Part shown: piece after piece, positions 63,361 to 64,000 of the stretch
Numbering within the stretch: the first letter of the stretch is position 1
How the letters are laid out: every line of letters begins with the position of its first letter
Assembly (NCBI GenBank): GCA_951406725.2
Contig: OX597835.1
Coordinates: forward strand, 23,002,001-23,066,000
DNA: 64,000 bases
Direction of reading: 5' to 3'
DNA from: Octopus vulgaris
Lineage: Eukaryota
Made by a program: the position numbers and the translations under genes
The notes under the pieces: model-generated
What the model was told of the DNA's origin: nothing
The model's database searches: none
The model's input: only the letters and a program-made list of their open reading frames with translations

Positions 63361-63962
63361 TCACTCTCGAGTGCTACTGGTAACTTGTTGCATCATCGGG
63401 TCATTGGCAACCAAACTAGCAACCCCACCACTGAGCTTGCTTAGTGAGGAGGATGTTGGACATCCTGCAGGACAAAAAACAAAACTCATCAAAGGGCAGA
63501 GGAACTCATGAGTAGTCATCCAACAAAAATGCCATGGGGATTGAAGAGATACAAGGCTACAGGAGCACACCCCAAATGAAAAAGCAGCCAATGGCCTGCC
63601 TGCATATCAATTGGACCATTCCAAGGCAGTGGGGCATAATCCAAGCAATGAGAAGCTCCTGAAAATCTCAGGTTGCAAGAAGTCGCCAAGGAAACTGACC
63701 AATCTTGCCATATGCACCTACAACTGAAGTGACATATATAAATATATATTCTTTTATTCTTTTACTTGTTTCAGTCATTTAACTGTGACCATGCTGAAGC
63801 ACAACATTTAGTCAAACAAATCGACCCCAGGACTTATTCTTTGTAAGCCTAGTACTCATTCTATAGGTCTCTTTTTGCTGAACAGCTAAGTTACAGGGAT
63901 GTAAACACACCAACATTGGTTGTCAAGCAATGGTGGGGATACAAACACAGACAAACAAACAT

Positions 63963-64000
<38 letters not shown>

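Noticed and set aside
63361-63470. Strong acceptor (ttttttgtcctgcag) as an upstream SPAG17 exon
   Set aside because: Runs into RTE-derived sequence and stops; no SPAG17 similarity recognised

Overview
Eukaryotic, repeat-dense genomic DNA. The SINE/LINE repertoire and microsatellite load suggest an octopus; this rests on family recognition from memory, not a search. One multi-exon gene runs on the minus strand across almost the whole window. I reconstructed 22 GT-AG exons (61702 down to 3484; 4042 nt, about 1347 codons) with compatible phases at every junction. The protein matches SPAG17/PF6, the axonemal central-pair C1a projection protein; both ends of the gene probably lie outside the window. 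The introns hold at least three tRNA-headed SINE families, RTE/CR1/RLE-type LINE remnants, Tc1-mariner, piggyBac-like and hAT-like MITEs, non-autonomous Helitrons, a solo LTR, Penelope-like fragments and several mini/microsatellites. Most six-frame ORFs are repeat artefacts. Most notable: two minimal hammerhead-ribozyme motifs sense to the pre-mRNA, tandem micro-duplications that copy splice sites, inverted SINE pairs around exons, and a tandem array apparently seeded by a transposon end. I found no clear, wholly novel protein-coding system.
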